A stretch of DNA of 21,713 bases from Octopus sinensis (GCF_006345805.1 NW_021824080.1:1-21713), one strand, 5' to 3'. Positions 10,266-21,425 are shown, numbered from the stretch's first letter. Numbers and translations are program-made. Notes: a model not told the origin generated them from the sequence alone.

Positions 10266-10959
10266 CAGGTGCATTGCACGTGTCATTTAATAGGTACACC
10301 ATTGTCACTCTGACATTACACAGCAATTACGTTATGTTTACTCGAGTGTGTGTGTGTGTGTGTGTGTATAAAACAGGAGATACAAATCTTACAGGCACTT
10401 CCCCTCTACACACACTAACTAAACATAGACACACATAGAGGTATACGCATGCGCAAATGAAGACACATACAATAGAAATAAAAAATACAAAATGGCTGAC
10501 CGTTAGTAAGGAGAGACACACAAATAAGAAAGAAGAAAGCAAAGGACCACTGATGCAGTCACAGGAGTGTGACGAAAGAACTCTGGCCGAAATAAGATTA
10601 ATGTAAAAAATAAATAACGCTGAAGCAAAGTAACACCCAATATATAGTGCGTGTGTTTTTATTGGCTAAACTGGCGAAATGACCATTCCTAAATACAACA
10701 ATATCTGTTTCTATACACCGATTTCACATCAAAAATCTTGCAAAACAAATACATAAACGTATATATATATATATATATATATTATATTATATATATATAT
10801 TATTATTGTTTGAGTTCGAGAATAAGCCAGCAATTACTGAAACAATGGAAGCGCATTGTGACAAGCGGTGTCAATGTACATCTGATACAGTTTGATCGAC
10901 AGATACACACACTTTTTTTCCCTCGACTATAGTATGTGAGTATGTATAAACACATGTGT

Positions 10960-11130
10960 GTATGTAAGTATAATATATATATATATATTATGTATATATA
11001 TATATATATATACATATATACATACATACATACATACATACATACATACATACATACATACATGCATACATACATACATACCATACATACATACATATAT
11101 ATATATATACATATATAATATATATAATAC
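10960..11130. repeat. (TA)n/(TACA)n microsatellite
   Basis: Directly visible. Confidence 0.95.
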
Positions 11131-11506
11131 ACTTACGAAATGTGTCCGTCTCATTCTGGGAGGAAGAAATCGATACCTCGTTTGTCGTCAGCGGCAAAAC
11201 ACAGCATTTCCTAAATACTCCTTGGTTGATATCAAACACAACGCAAATGGTATCGGTGTGAAACAGAGAAGGCGTGACGGTGTTTGGTTTCATGAAGGAT
11301 GAGGCTGAATGACACATGATGTCGATCAGTCCCACAAGGGGAACACACCCAATATTGCTAATTACTATTTCATGACTAAGATGTGTTTTTTGTAAACCGA
11401 ATCCCAAAAATCCAACTCAAGTCCTGCAACTTTAGATTTTGCTTTAGTTTTCGACTGCACCTCTCACCAAACTCGAAACTTTGTGCCTTTCAAATCCATT
11501 ACTATT

Positions 11507-11829
11507 GGTACTCCATCGGTTACGACGACGAGGGTTCCAGTTGATCCGATCAACGAAACAGCCTGCTCGTGAGACTGACGTGCAAGTGGCTGAGCACTCC
11601 ACAGGCACGTGGACCCGTAACGTAGTTCTCAGGAAGATTCAGCGCAACACAGAATGGGACAAGGCTGGCTCTTTGAAAAACGGCATCACTTTTTTTTTTG
11701 CTTACTGATTGGACTATAGCAGCGTGAAATGAAGAGTTTTGCTGAAGGACATAATATGCCACTAGAAATCGAACTCACGACATTACGATCTTGAGCCGAA
11801 TGACTTAACCACTTAACTACACACCTTCA
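11507..11829 (-). mobile_element. Near full-length tRNA-derived CORE-like SINE (second family)
   Basis: Minus strand starts TGAAGGTGTGTAGTTAAGTGGTTAAG (A box), GTGAGTTCGATTTC (B box), TGTCCTTCAGCAAAACTC (CORE-like); head similar to 17650-17770. Confidence 0.8.
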
Positions 11830-11844
11830 TTACATTATTACTTC

Positions 11845-12025
11845 AAGTGCGGTGGATAAGTAGAATCGCTGGAGCCTCGGATAAAAATGTGAGATTTTTA
11901 GAGATCAGCTTCACTGTTCATCCTGCCAGCGTTAACAAAGTAAAATACTAGTCACGTGCTGTGGTCGATTTAATCGACTGACCCTTATCACAGGAATCTC
12001 TAATTTTGTGTAAATGTTGGAAATT
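11845..12025 (+). mobile_element. Degenerate Nin-like SINE
   Basis: TTCATCCTG..AACAAAGTAAAATACTAGTCAC..GGTCGATTTAATCGACT resembles the 3143-3340 family. Confidence 0.55.
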
Positions 12026-12614
12026 TAATATAAATATGAAAATATGCAAACTAAACTAAGAAGAAGGAATATTAATTAAATATTATATATAATTTTCATA
12101 TTAATATTCATATTTACTAGCTGGAGCTCTGGAAATTCCGCACTCTGAGTCAGAGACTCCTGCCAACAAAACTGTACTTTTAAATATAATTGAAAAAATG
12201 TATTTAGAAGCCGTTGTCACTTTATTTGACTGATATGACATTCTTTATAGTTTAAGGAAATAAAAGATGAATTAAACATATGTGTGTGTGTGTGTGTTGT
12301 GTGTGTGTATAAAATCTACACTTTTCTCTGCCCAAACACGACCAAAGCTGAGTCCATGTTATTTAGCAACTGAGATTATTTTCATTTCACTTCATTTCAC
12401 CCTATCAATTTGTACATCAATATTTCTCTGTATCTGTTAGCATATCTGTAGACTCACCTACACTTTTTATCTATGTATCAGATATGATGGTTAATTAGAC
12501 AGCTAGTTAGTTAGCTGGCTAATTAACTATCATGTCCGAATTCCCTTTTGTATCTGTGTACTCATATAATAAGCGATAAGCATTGAAACCTCATAAGAAA
12601 AATTAAATGAATGT

Positions 12615-12661
12615 TGGTGGTGCCCCAGCATGGCAATAGCCTTTGGTCTGAAATACATAAG
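12615..12661 (+). mobile_element. SINE 3'-tail fragment
   Basis: GGTGGTGCCCCAGCATGGCAATAGCC..CTGAAA is the reverse complement of the tail at 7072-7109. Confidence 0.7.
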
Positions 12662-12695
12662 CGTCCACAGCTATTTCCTATGATTATTTCACTAA

Positions 12696-12769
<74 letters not shown>

Positions 12770-12788
12770 CATCCATCCATCAATCAAT
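12696..12788. repeat. (TCTG)n(TCTA)n(TCCA)n microsatellite
   Basis: Directly visible. Confidence 0.95.
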
Positions 12789-13238
12789 GCATAAATTATA
12801 GGTTTTCATGACATTGTTTCATTGTGTTAAACATTTCGCTCGTGCCTGCAGTTTGAACACCAAAGTTGATAAGTTAAATCTTCTTCTTCTTCTCCTTATT
12901 CACCCCTTCCCTCCCTCTCTCTATATATATTTCTCCATGCCAGTCGGTGCCTCCCATGGCGCAGGCGTAACACATGGACAAAACAGCCAGACATGCAAAA
13001 AAAAGTAGAATAATAATATAATTACCGTATTTTTGCATCATGTACATCCTTGTATGTATGGGGGGGGACTGATGGTTGTGTCTGTGTGTGTATGTGTGTG
13101 TGTATTGTTTTCACTCTCATTTTGTTGTGGATTTTGTATCTATGACAAAGTTATATTAAAAGAAGTATAGAGAAATACATGCGAGCGTCTGGCTAAACCG
13201 TCTCTCAACCAAATGCTTTCAAGTTTAGTCGTGCTGCG

Positions 13239-13389
<151 letters not shown>

Positions 13390-13494
13390 CACCGCTGCAA
13401 TTCAACATCCATCGTAGCAGGTGTAATTTTCTCTTCCTATAATTAGGCCAATAATGTTATTTTAAGCAAGTTTTTCCTTTTCATTCTCGTTCAA

Positions 13495-13757
13495 GCTTAG
13501 CTGAGACGATAGGTTCGCAGTTCGAAAGTCTTCAACTTCGATCTTTTCCCTTCGTTATTTCGATAGTGGATAAAATAAGGCAGCATCGAAATGCTGGCAT
13601 TGATTTCATTGATTTTATCTAAATTTGAAGTCATCTATCAATGTTAGACATAAATGTGTTTACAAGATCATAGGAAGTATTTTGATTTCCGAGTTCAAAT
13701 CCCGCAAAATTCAAAATTCCTTTTCGTCCCTCCAGGGTCGATAAAGTAAAGTACTTC
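13495..13757 (+). mobile_element. Two degenerate Nin-like SINE fragments
   Basis: GAGTTCAAATCCCGC (B box) and CCTTTTCGTCCCTCCAGGGTCGATAAAGTAAAGTAC at 13691-13754; weaker copy upstream (GGATAAAATAAG..GATTTCATTGATT). Confidence 0.55.
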
Positions 13758-13857
13758 TTGATTTTTTTTCCTCTAATTTGAACCAGCATTCATTGTTTTT
13801 GTGTATTTTTTTTTTTTTAGTTGTTTCTTTCTTCCATACTAATAACGGTAAAATAAC

Positions 13858-13897
13858 TATTTCTGATGAGACGGTAAAAGAAACTGCAGTAAATTTC
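13858..13897 (+). ncRNA. Minimal hammerhead ribozyme remnant with intact core (Penelope-type)
   Basis: CTGATGA (13863-13869), 10-nt spacer, GAAA (13880-13883), palindromic CTGCAG, GTA cleavage triplet (13889-13891); stems I and II poorly paired. Confidence 0.5.
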
Positions 13898-13947
13898 AAT
13901 TCCTAATTTTGTAAATAGTTTCATCTTTTTATTCAGTTTGTTCAAAT

Positions 13948-13973
13948 AGTCACGTGACTTAGGATCACGTGAT
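13948..13973. promoter_or_regulatory. Tandem palindromic E-boxes AGTCACGTGACT and ATCACGTGAT
   Basis: Two extended CACGTG palindromes 15 bp apart (CLEAR/USF/MiT-TFE-type). Confidence 0.4.
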
Positions 13974-14776
13974 TGTTAGATGTTTGATTTTTCTTCCTTC
14001 TTATTTCTAAGTTTTTTGTCTTTTTTTTTTTGTCAGTTTGCCGCTACACTTAATTTCATCTTTTCCTCTTCCTTCCACTCGTTCACATGTCTTCTCTTCT
14101 TCTTCATTTTCCTTTATTTTCATTTTTCTTTTCGCGCTTTCATTTTTTTTTTACTTCGATATTTTATTTTGTTGCATTCCATCGACTCCATTGGTTTCTC
14201 CAAATTTTGTCTATTTGTCTTTTATGCAAGTTTCTGCAGCACGTGCCTGACACATGCTAACATCATGTAGCTTATGCCACACATGCAGGCTCCATGTGGC
14301 ATATACCACACATGCTAGCACATGCTAGTAGAGGGTTCAACAGAGAGGATTGTAGATTTGTCTTGGACTTCGTTTCATTCGGTCATACCTGACCTCAGCG
14401 ACTGGCAGATAGAGAGAACAGAAGAGTCATTTGATTCAAGGATTCCATGACGATTTTAACCTTTCACTCAATTTATTCTTATAGAGAATGATTTGAGATG
14501 GAAGAAAATTTTTAAATACGAAATGTTGTTGACGTCATAAAGAAAAATTTATAAACTCTCGAGAGAACGTAAAATAATTCTGTTTTGGAATGTCTCGAAG
14601 CAAACACATAAAGCTATAAATAATGGGTAGTAAAACAGTTTTGGAGAGGAAAAGATGAAGGCTGCCCGTGTCCCGTTCTTCAAGATATTCCCAAAAAGAA
14701 TTATTCCACTAAAAATTGTAAATGAGTCCTCGCTACCCATCACAGTCTTTCTCACACATGTGTGTATGTATATATG

Positions 14777-15110
14777 AGCGCATGCACGGCTGTGCCGTTA
14801 AGGAGCTCGCTTTGCAACCGCCTGGTTTCGCGTTCAATCCCACTGCGCGACACCATAGGCCCAGTTTGTTCTTCTATAGTTCTGGATCGATCAGTACCTT
14901 GTGAAATAACTTCATAGATGGAAACTGTGTGGAAGCCTTTCATGTGTGTATGTGTGTGTTTGCCCTACAACACTGCTTGACAGTTGGTGTTGATTTGTTT
15001 GAGCAAAAGAGATCGATACAAGCACCAGTCTTAAAAAATAAACTCTGGAGCGATTTGTTCGATTAAACTATTTAAGGCATTGGCCCCCAGCAAACAAGAG
15101 AAGAAGAAAT
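14777..15110 (+). mobile_element. Full-length degenerate tRNA-derived SINE (same family as 21282-21665)
   Basis: Head GGCTGTGCCGTTAAGGAGCTCGCTTTGCAACC..GTTCAATCCCACTGCG; TAGATGGAAACTG..GAAGCC; GCTTGACAG..GGTGTT; CCCCAGCA tail. Confidence 0.8.
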
Positions 15111-15269
15111 ATCACCGCAACTGATCTTCCGAACGAACTAAACACCCTTCTATGGCCATGTTAGTTTCTCTGCTCTTTGTAATTCATGACACACTGACAC
15201 TATGTGAGATTTGAACTCAAAACACAGAGAGCCAGAATAGATGGCGCAAAGCATCTAAAAAATTCCATC

Positions 15270-15395
15270 AATCTGGACTGGCTATTTTTATCGACCCTGA
15301 AAGTGCGAAAGGCCACAGCTGGCCTCGACAAAATTCGAACACCGGATAAAATTTCATCAGGTATTCTAACTAGGGGTATAACCACTCGGCTAATT
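15270..15395 (-). mobile_element. Degenerate Nin-like SINE
   Basis: TTTATCGACCCTGAAAG..GAAAGGC..GCCTCGACAAAATTCGAAC is the reverse complement of the Nin-like body and B box. Confidence 0.6.
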
Positions 15396-15413
15396 TGTCT
15401 ACATGTAAATATT

Positions 15414-15497
15414 TGTGTGTGTGTGTGTGTGTGTGTGTGTAGCTATGAATGCATGTGTGCTTGCATGTGTGTATGTATGGCTATAAGCATACATGAA

Positions 15498-15533
<36 letters not shown>

Positions 15534-15581
15534 TGTATGTGTGTGTGTATGTATGTATGTATGTATGTATGTATGTATGCA

Positions 15582-15612
<31 letters not shown>

Positions 15613-15690
15613 ATGTATAGAGGTATGAATGTATGCATGTGTTATGTGTGTGTGTGTGTGTGTGTGTGTAAATGCATGTGTATGAGTGTT
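15414..15690. repeat. (TG)n/(TATG)n compound microsatellite
   Basis: Directly visible. Confidence 0.95.
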
Positions 15691-16087
15691 TGCAGTTAAG
15701 TATGTGTTTATATATTTGTGTCACAAAACTCTGGACAAACTACGCTGTTCCTCTCTTTCCTTCCTCCTTCTCTGCCGAGCATTATTAGTTTCTTATGAAT
15801 GATTATTTATTTATATTTATTTTTGATTATTTACCTTTATTTCTATTTTTTCTCTTTTTTTTTCGTAATTCCTGCCCGGATTAACAAGAGACATAAGTTC
15901 TCTAGATTGATGACTAAAAGACTAAACCAACGAAAAGATATGGTTGGATGGCTGATTGAATAAATGATGGGAGGGGTAGAGGCGAGGGGGGAGGCAGCGA
16001 AGAGAGTTTTGGACATCGAAGTTTCAAATATTAAAAAATAAACGATTTGTTTCTTATTTTCTAACATTTTTTCGTTTTCTGTTTTGG

Positions 16088-16118
16088 CGGTTGTCATGTG
16101 ATACGGCTGTCATGTGAT
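16088..16118. promoter_or_regulatory. Direct repeat of M-box-like GTCATGTGA
   Basis: CGGTTGTCATGTGAT / CGGCTGTCATGTGAT with 16-bp period. Confidence 0.3.
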
Positions 16119-16227
16119 GGCGGCCCGCAACGTTGATAATGATGACGATGTTGAACATGGTGCCATCGTACCATAATTATTTTTGCTGTTGTTGTTGGTA
16201 ATGATGTTATTAGTGTTTGTGATGTTA

Positions 16228-16348
16228 GTGGTGGTGGTGGTGGTGGTGGTGGTGGTGGTGTAGTGGTGGTGGTGGTGGTGGTGGTGGTGGTGGTGGTGTA
16301 GTGGTGGTGGTGGTGGTGGTGGTGGTGGTGGTGGTGGTGGTGGTGGTG
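16228..16348. repeat. (GGT)n microsatellite with two GTA interruptions
   Basis: Directly visible. Confidence 0.95.
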
Positions 16349-16661
16349 ATCGGACTACTTTATGGTTCTGTTGTTGTGTTTGTGTCTTTTGTTGCTACCG
16401 GTGGTGGAGGTGGTGCTGGTGGTGTTTCTGATGATGATGATGATGATGTTTGATGTTAGGGGCAGGGATGAATGTCAAAACGCGAATTTAACGAGAAATT
16501 AACGTCAGCGTAAGTTCCGCCATTAAAATTATATATGTCAACGAAATGAAATATTGAAAAAATTGAAAAATAAGAGTTTCTGTGAGTGTGTGTGTGTTTG
16601 GCGGGGGAGGGGGACAGGAATGAGGGAGAGAAGTCATTTCAATATCAATCAATAAGTTATT

Positions 16662-16702
16662 ATACACACCTTAACACACATGCTCACATATATACACACA
16701 CT

Positions 16703-16748
<46 letters not shown>

Positions 16749-16960
16749 CACACACATAATCCACACATACATGGATATACGCAGTGCATACACGTTTACA
16801 AACCCATACAAATACACCTACATATAAACACTACGCATTCATATACACATACAATGTACACGTATATACACATAATATACACATATACACACATATATAT
16901 ATATATACATACAGACAACTCCCTACACATATATATACACACACACAAATACACCCACAT
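16662..16960. repeat. TA/CA low-complexity tract
   Basis: Directly visible. Confidence 0.85.
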
Positions 16961-17615
16961 CCAAATAAGGTGAGGGAAATATTAAAAATTAATTTTTGTC
17001 ATATTTCATTGCAACACCATAAAAAGAAGGAAGAGAAATTGTGATGTAAACTAAGCGGGGACGGGGGTGAGGATTTAAATTATCGCCATTAATTTAATTA
17101 ACGACAATTTAATTACTAAGAAGTATCCGGAGGTAGTTAGATACGGGTTAGGTTCTCTCTCTGTCTCCCTCCTTTCTCTCTCTATCTCTCTCTCTCTTTC
17201 TCTTATTAATCTCTCCCCCTCTTTATCGCTTTCATGAAAACAATCCTTCAATTTGAATCTGCCTTTTGTGAGATTGAGAAGGCACCTTGGAATGTTCTTG
17301 TCTCCAAGTTGCAGGAATTACTGCAGAGTGTTACAGAGCAGTGGTTTGCCTAACATCCTGTCGTGGAACCCTTATCGGGTATTTCCAATAATTTTGGAAT
17401 GAGAATTTAAGGACAACCTTCTATATCTACGAACAACTGCAGTCTCTCTCATTTTAATGAGACGTGTACAGCACTGAACAACCAGCCGTCACTTACGAGC
17501 GAGTAGAATTAATGATAACTGTCATGCATTCGTTAATTGTTTTCGCTGCTTATATAGTTGCAAGCAGACGTAAAATCCTTCACAGGTAATCCGGCGAAAA
17601 GATCCAGGATGTGAC

Positions 17616-17647
<32 letters not shown>

Positions 17648-17649
17648 AG

Positions 17650-17770
17650 AGTTAAGTAAGATGAAATGGAGTGCCTTGATTAAGGATACAACACTACACC
17701 TGGTTCAGGATTTGAACCCACGACCTTATAACAATGAGCCAAACACCATAACAACTTGACCACGCGCTTT
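17650..17770 (-). mobile_element. tRNA-derived CORE-like SINE head
   Basis: Minus strand AAGCGCGTGGTCAAGTTGTTATGG..AAGGTCGTGGGTTCAAATCCTG..TATCCTTAATCAAGGCAC. Confidence 0.7.
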
Positions 17771-17819
17771 GACCCATACGATCTTAAGTGAAGCAAAACC
17801 TATTTTGACTATCAATGTT

Positions 17820-18300
17820 GTACAAAATATATTTTTAAAAATTTTATCAAAGAATTCCTACAACTTAATGGTATATGGGTTCCCACTTTAAGAAGCTCTA
17901 GGAAGCATTCCAGCTGGGTCTTCCAGAAAAGGAGACCACCCAGGTCTTTGAGAAAAGGACACCAGCCACACACTCAACAGTCTCGGGGCCTTCTAACCTA
18001 CCAAGTACACGACCTTCCCTGCTGACTACGAAAGAAACATTAAATTCCACATTCTAGGCTCCAATTCCTTATCTCATCGCTGCAGATGTAAATCCCAAGT
18101 TTCTTCCCTAAACGTAATGAGAAGCCACGTGTACGTCAGTAGGGACACGATTGTGCTGTATGTCTCAACGGCAAGTCGAGATACATAAAAATGTGGCAAG
18201 AGGTCGAACCACGGAAAACTTTACTTCAGTGAAATGGCCGAACACAAGAGATATTTCTTTGCATTCACATCGTTTCTTCCCATCCAAATATGTTAACATA
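17820..18300 (+). mobile_element. piggyBac-like transposase C-terminal remnant
   Basis: Frameshifted YKIYF/ILSKNSYNL/HFKKL*EAF, then KPRVRQ*GHDCAVC..PRKTLLQ*NGRTQEIFLCIH, matching the spacing of the piggyBac cysteine-rich domain. Confidence 0.5.
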
Positions 18301-18321
18301 TTGTATAACGATGATAAGAAA

Positions 18322-18820
18322 TAATGATGATGACGGAGATGATGATGATGGTGATGATGATCATGATGATCATGATGATCATGATCATGGTCAACATCAT
18401 CATCAATACGGTGGTGATACTGATGATGATTATGATAGTTATGAGGACGACGACGACAAAGATGACGATGTTATGATGATAATGGTTATGGCGAGAGAGA
18501 GACTGTTGACTGTGAGGAATCATGACAAGTATGGTGATGATATAGAAGAAGAAGAAGAAGAAGAAGAAGAAGAAAAAGAAGAAGAAGAAGAAAGAAGAAG
18601 AAGAAGAAGAAGAAGAAGAAGAAGAAGAAGAAGAAGAAGAAGAAGAAGAAGAAGAAGAAGATTATAGTAATGGTAAAAATGTAAGCAATGACAACGAGGG
18701 CGATGAGTTTTATGACGATGATGATGATAACGATGACGATCGGCTCGGAATAATGCTATACACGATGACGCCAGCGACGGTGACGGCAATGGCGATAGCG
18801 GCAACGACCATGGTGATACG
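18322..18820. repeat. (GAT)n degenerate tract and (GAA)n tract at 18544-18661
   Basis: Directly visible. Confidence 0.95.
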
Positions 18821-19339
18821 TTACAAAGAATTGAATATTTATTCAATAAAGGCGGATTTATCGATCAGGCGAATGGCTTTATTGTTGAACGCAACTCAGA
18901 ATGTTAGTGATTGAATGAGATAATTGCTCTGACATATGTAAATAAACTCTTAAAAATCTGTCGCTTCTAGTTTCTTCAACAGCGTCCAACAACAATGGAC
19001 GACTTGTTTGGGCGGCCATATTGTTTCGTCGGTCATTTGTGTTTCTAGAATTTTCTTTTTCCTCTTTTTTTTTTTGTTTTTGATTATTGTTGTCACTTTG
19101 TACCTTCTTCTCTCTTTGGTTTTGGCGGTTTTGTTTCACTTTTTCTTTCCCTTTTATTCTTTATAGTTCGTAGAAATCTGCATATGAGTGTAGTCTTCAT
19201 CATCAAAACAAATAGACATCAAACAGAGTAAATAACCAAACACACACAATCATATGCGTATTTTCACATACATATGTTTCATATATGTGTGTGTGTGTCC
19301 TATATATATTGTAAGCACAAATGTGTGTGTACACACACT

Positions 19340-19360
19340 ACACATATTATATATAACATA

Positions 19361-19431
<71 letters not shown>

Positions 19432-19660
19432 ATATACATATACATGAAATATATGATCATAAAAATGTAGGGAAATATATGTATGTATGTAGACACACAC
19501 TCATATACTATGCAACACTATACCATTCAGGCATATAGCTACATATTCGAGTATGTGCGTGTGTATATATAGTAGCCTTCTGTCAGTTAATGTGTGTTGT
19601 GTGCATACACATTTACACACACACGTGTACGTACACAAAAACACACACACATTTCTTTGC

Positions 19661-19694
<34 letters not shown>

Positions 19695-19750
19695 ATACAT
19701 ACATACATACATACATACATACATACATGCATACACTCACACATATGCAT
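19340..19750. repeat. (TA)n/(TACA)n tracts
   Basis: Directly visible. Confidence 0.85.
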
Positions 19751-19789
19751 ATAAACGCAGAGAGTGGTGTATACAGACCTGCTAACATG

Positions 19790-19945
19790 GAGCTATCAAC
19801 GTTATTCCTCAAACCAAAATTGTAATTCTACAGATGATGTCGAATATAATATTGTTGTACGGATTAAAAGCAAGGTTGTACCAATATTCTTTATGGAATT
19901 AATCACGTCGTTTGGACAGCATTTAGAGAGGAACTAGCTGTCAAA
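19790..19945 (+). mobile_element. Highly degenerate RTE-like LINE fragment (downstream of the RT domain)
   Basis: Frameshifted KL*FYR..ILLYG..GCTNILYGINHVVW/QH resembles RTE K..LF...VE.ILLYG..GCYTRMLR..LNVSW..H. Confidence 0.35.
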
Positions 19946-20179
19946 GACACAGAAATATCCAAACACACACAAACAAACACATTTCGCGAACGTATATATA
20001 TCCTATGCTAATTCCTATTCCCAACATCACTGCTGCCGCTGCCACTGCTGCTGATTGTTTCCGATTTAATCACAGGGCCGCAACTTTGAGAAGTTTCTAT
20101 TCGATATCAGAGAATTCATTACGAAGATGGTACTTTTTCGAGAGAAGCTGACCTAGAAGAGGATTGAACGTAGAACGTA

Positions 20180-20427
20180 TTATCTTTTATCTGTTTCAGT
20201 CATTAGACTGCAGGCCAGCTGGGGCACCGCCTTGAAGAACTTTTACTTGCATGAATCGACCCCAGTACTTAACACTTTAAGCCTGATACTTAAAATATCG
20301 GTCTCTCTTTAGCGAACCGCTATGTTACGGGGACGTAAACAAAACAACTCGAGTTGCCAAGCGGTGGTGCGGGACAAGCATTGACACAAAGACACACACG
20401 TATATATATATATATATATATATATAT
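20180..20427 (-). mobile_element. tRNA-derived SINE 3' half, interrupted at its internal (TA)n; head remnant at 21065-21075
   Basis: GTTTCAGTC..GCTGGGGCACCGCCTT..TCGACCCCAGTACTT..GTTACGGGGACGTAAACA..CAAGCG is reverse complementary to 21495-21660. Confidence 0.85.
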
Positions 20428-21000
20428 TCTAGAGCCTTCCCCATTCAGGGTGAGCAGCGGTGTTCCCAAATAGGTCTGCCCAGTCGCAGACGAAGGACTG
20501 AGTACTTGGGTTGTCACCAGGTCTAAAGAAGGCGACCATTTTGCATCTGCTGCCAACGTGCAGGTCCGATCTAGGAGCTTCTAGTTTCACCAAAACCTGC
20601 TCCCACAATCCTTACTCCATCGCCGTTGGGCTTTTCTAAAAAAAAAAAGCGGCGGGAGAGCTGGATCAAAAATAAACCAGCCAATGGCGTGAGTTTGTTT
20701 AGAGTTGAGGTCTCCTTGCCAAAATCATTCTGTCGCGGCACTACCTGGAGTGACATGCAAGGTCCGGAAGTGGGTTGCAACGATTATTGCAATGCTCCAA
20801 TGTCATTAGAGTTGCGCCTTTCCAGCCAGTCCGTCTAGCATTGGCTTCTGGAAATGATCAATCGTTGAGTTCGGGGATCTACCTTCCTCCGCCTAATCTA
20901 CCGTTGTTTGAACAGACTTTACTTTTAGTTCTAAACAGGCTAACCACTTGGTTCAGCTTGCTGGATCTTGTGGGAGGGTTGAGGGTACTCCATCAGAACT

Positions 21001-21004
<4 letters not shown>
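20428..21004. mobile_element. Unclassified ~575-bp GC-richer insertion bounded by (TA)n, probably a non-LTR retroelement fragment
   Basis: Sharp composition change, (TA)n on both sides, splits a SINE; no recognisable ORF. Confidence 0.45.
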
Positions 21005-21046
<42 letters not shown>

Positions 21047-21281
21047 GCGCGAAATTGTAAGGATCTCCTGCGCCTATCACACACAATATAGATATATTGA
21101 TATATATTGATGCCTTTTTTTAAAGTTCAGTTATAATAAAAACAATTTGGAATTAATCTGATGGGTCACTCCATACTTTTGTAGAGTAGAAATCTATCAT
21201 TTCGAAACAAGAATATTATTGACAGTAACTTCGAAGTTTCGGCCAGCTAACCCATCATCCGACGATATAGGATTGACTATA

Positions 21282-21425
21282 AGGCGCAGGAGTGGTTGTC
21301 TGGTATCTTGCTACCAACCACATGGTTCTGCGTGGCACTTTAGGCAAGTGTCTTCTACTATAGATTCTAGCCGGCCGAAGCCTTGTGAGCGGATTTGGTA
21401 GATGGAAACTGAAAGAAGCCCGCCG

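Noticed and set aside
11760-11829. tRNA-like A/B boxes as a tRNA gene
   Set aside because: SINE head; no proper cloverleaf and it continues into a SINE body
12112-12162. Possible reverse-strand copy of the 639 hammerhead family
   Set aside because: Core motifs too degraded to support
16228-16348. G-quadruplex or CRISPR-like periodic array
   Set aside because: Simple (GGT)n with only GG runs and no unique spacers
18290-18667. D/E/R-rich 125-aa ORF
   Set aside because: Translation of (GAT)n and (GAA)n microsatellites
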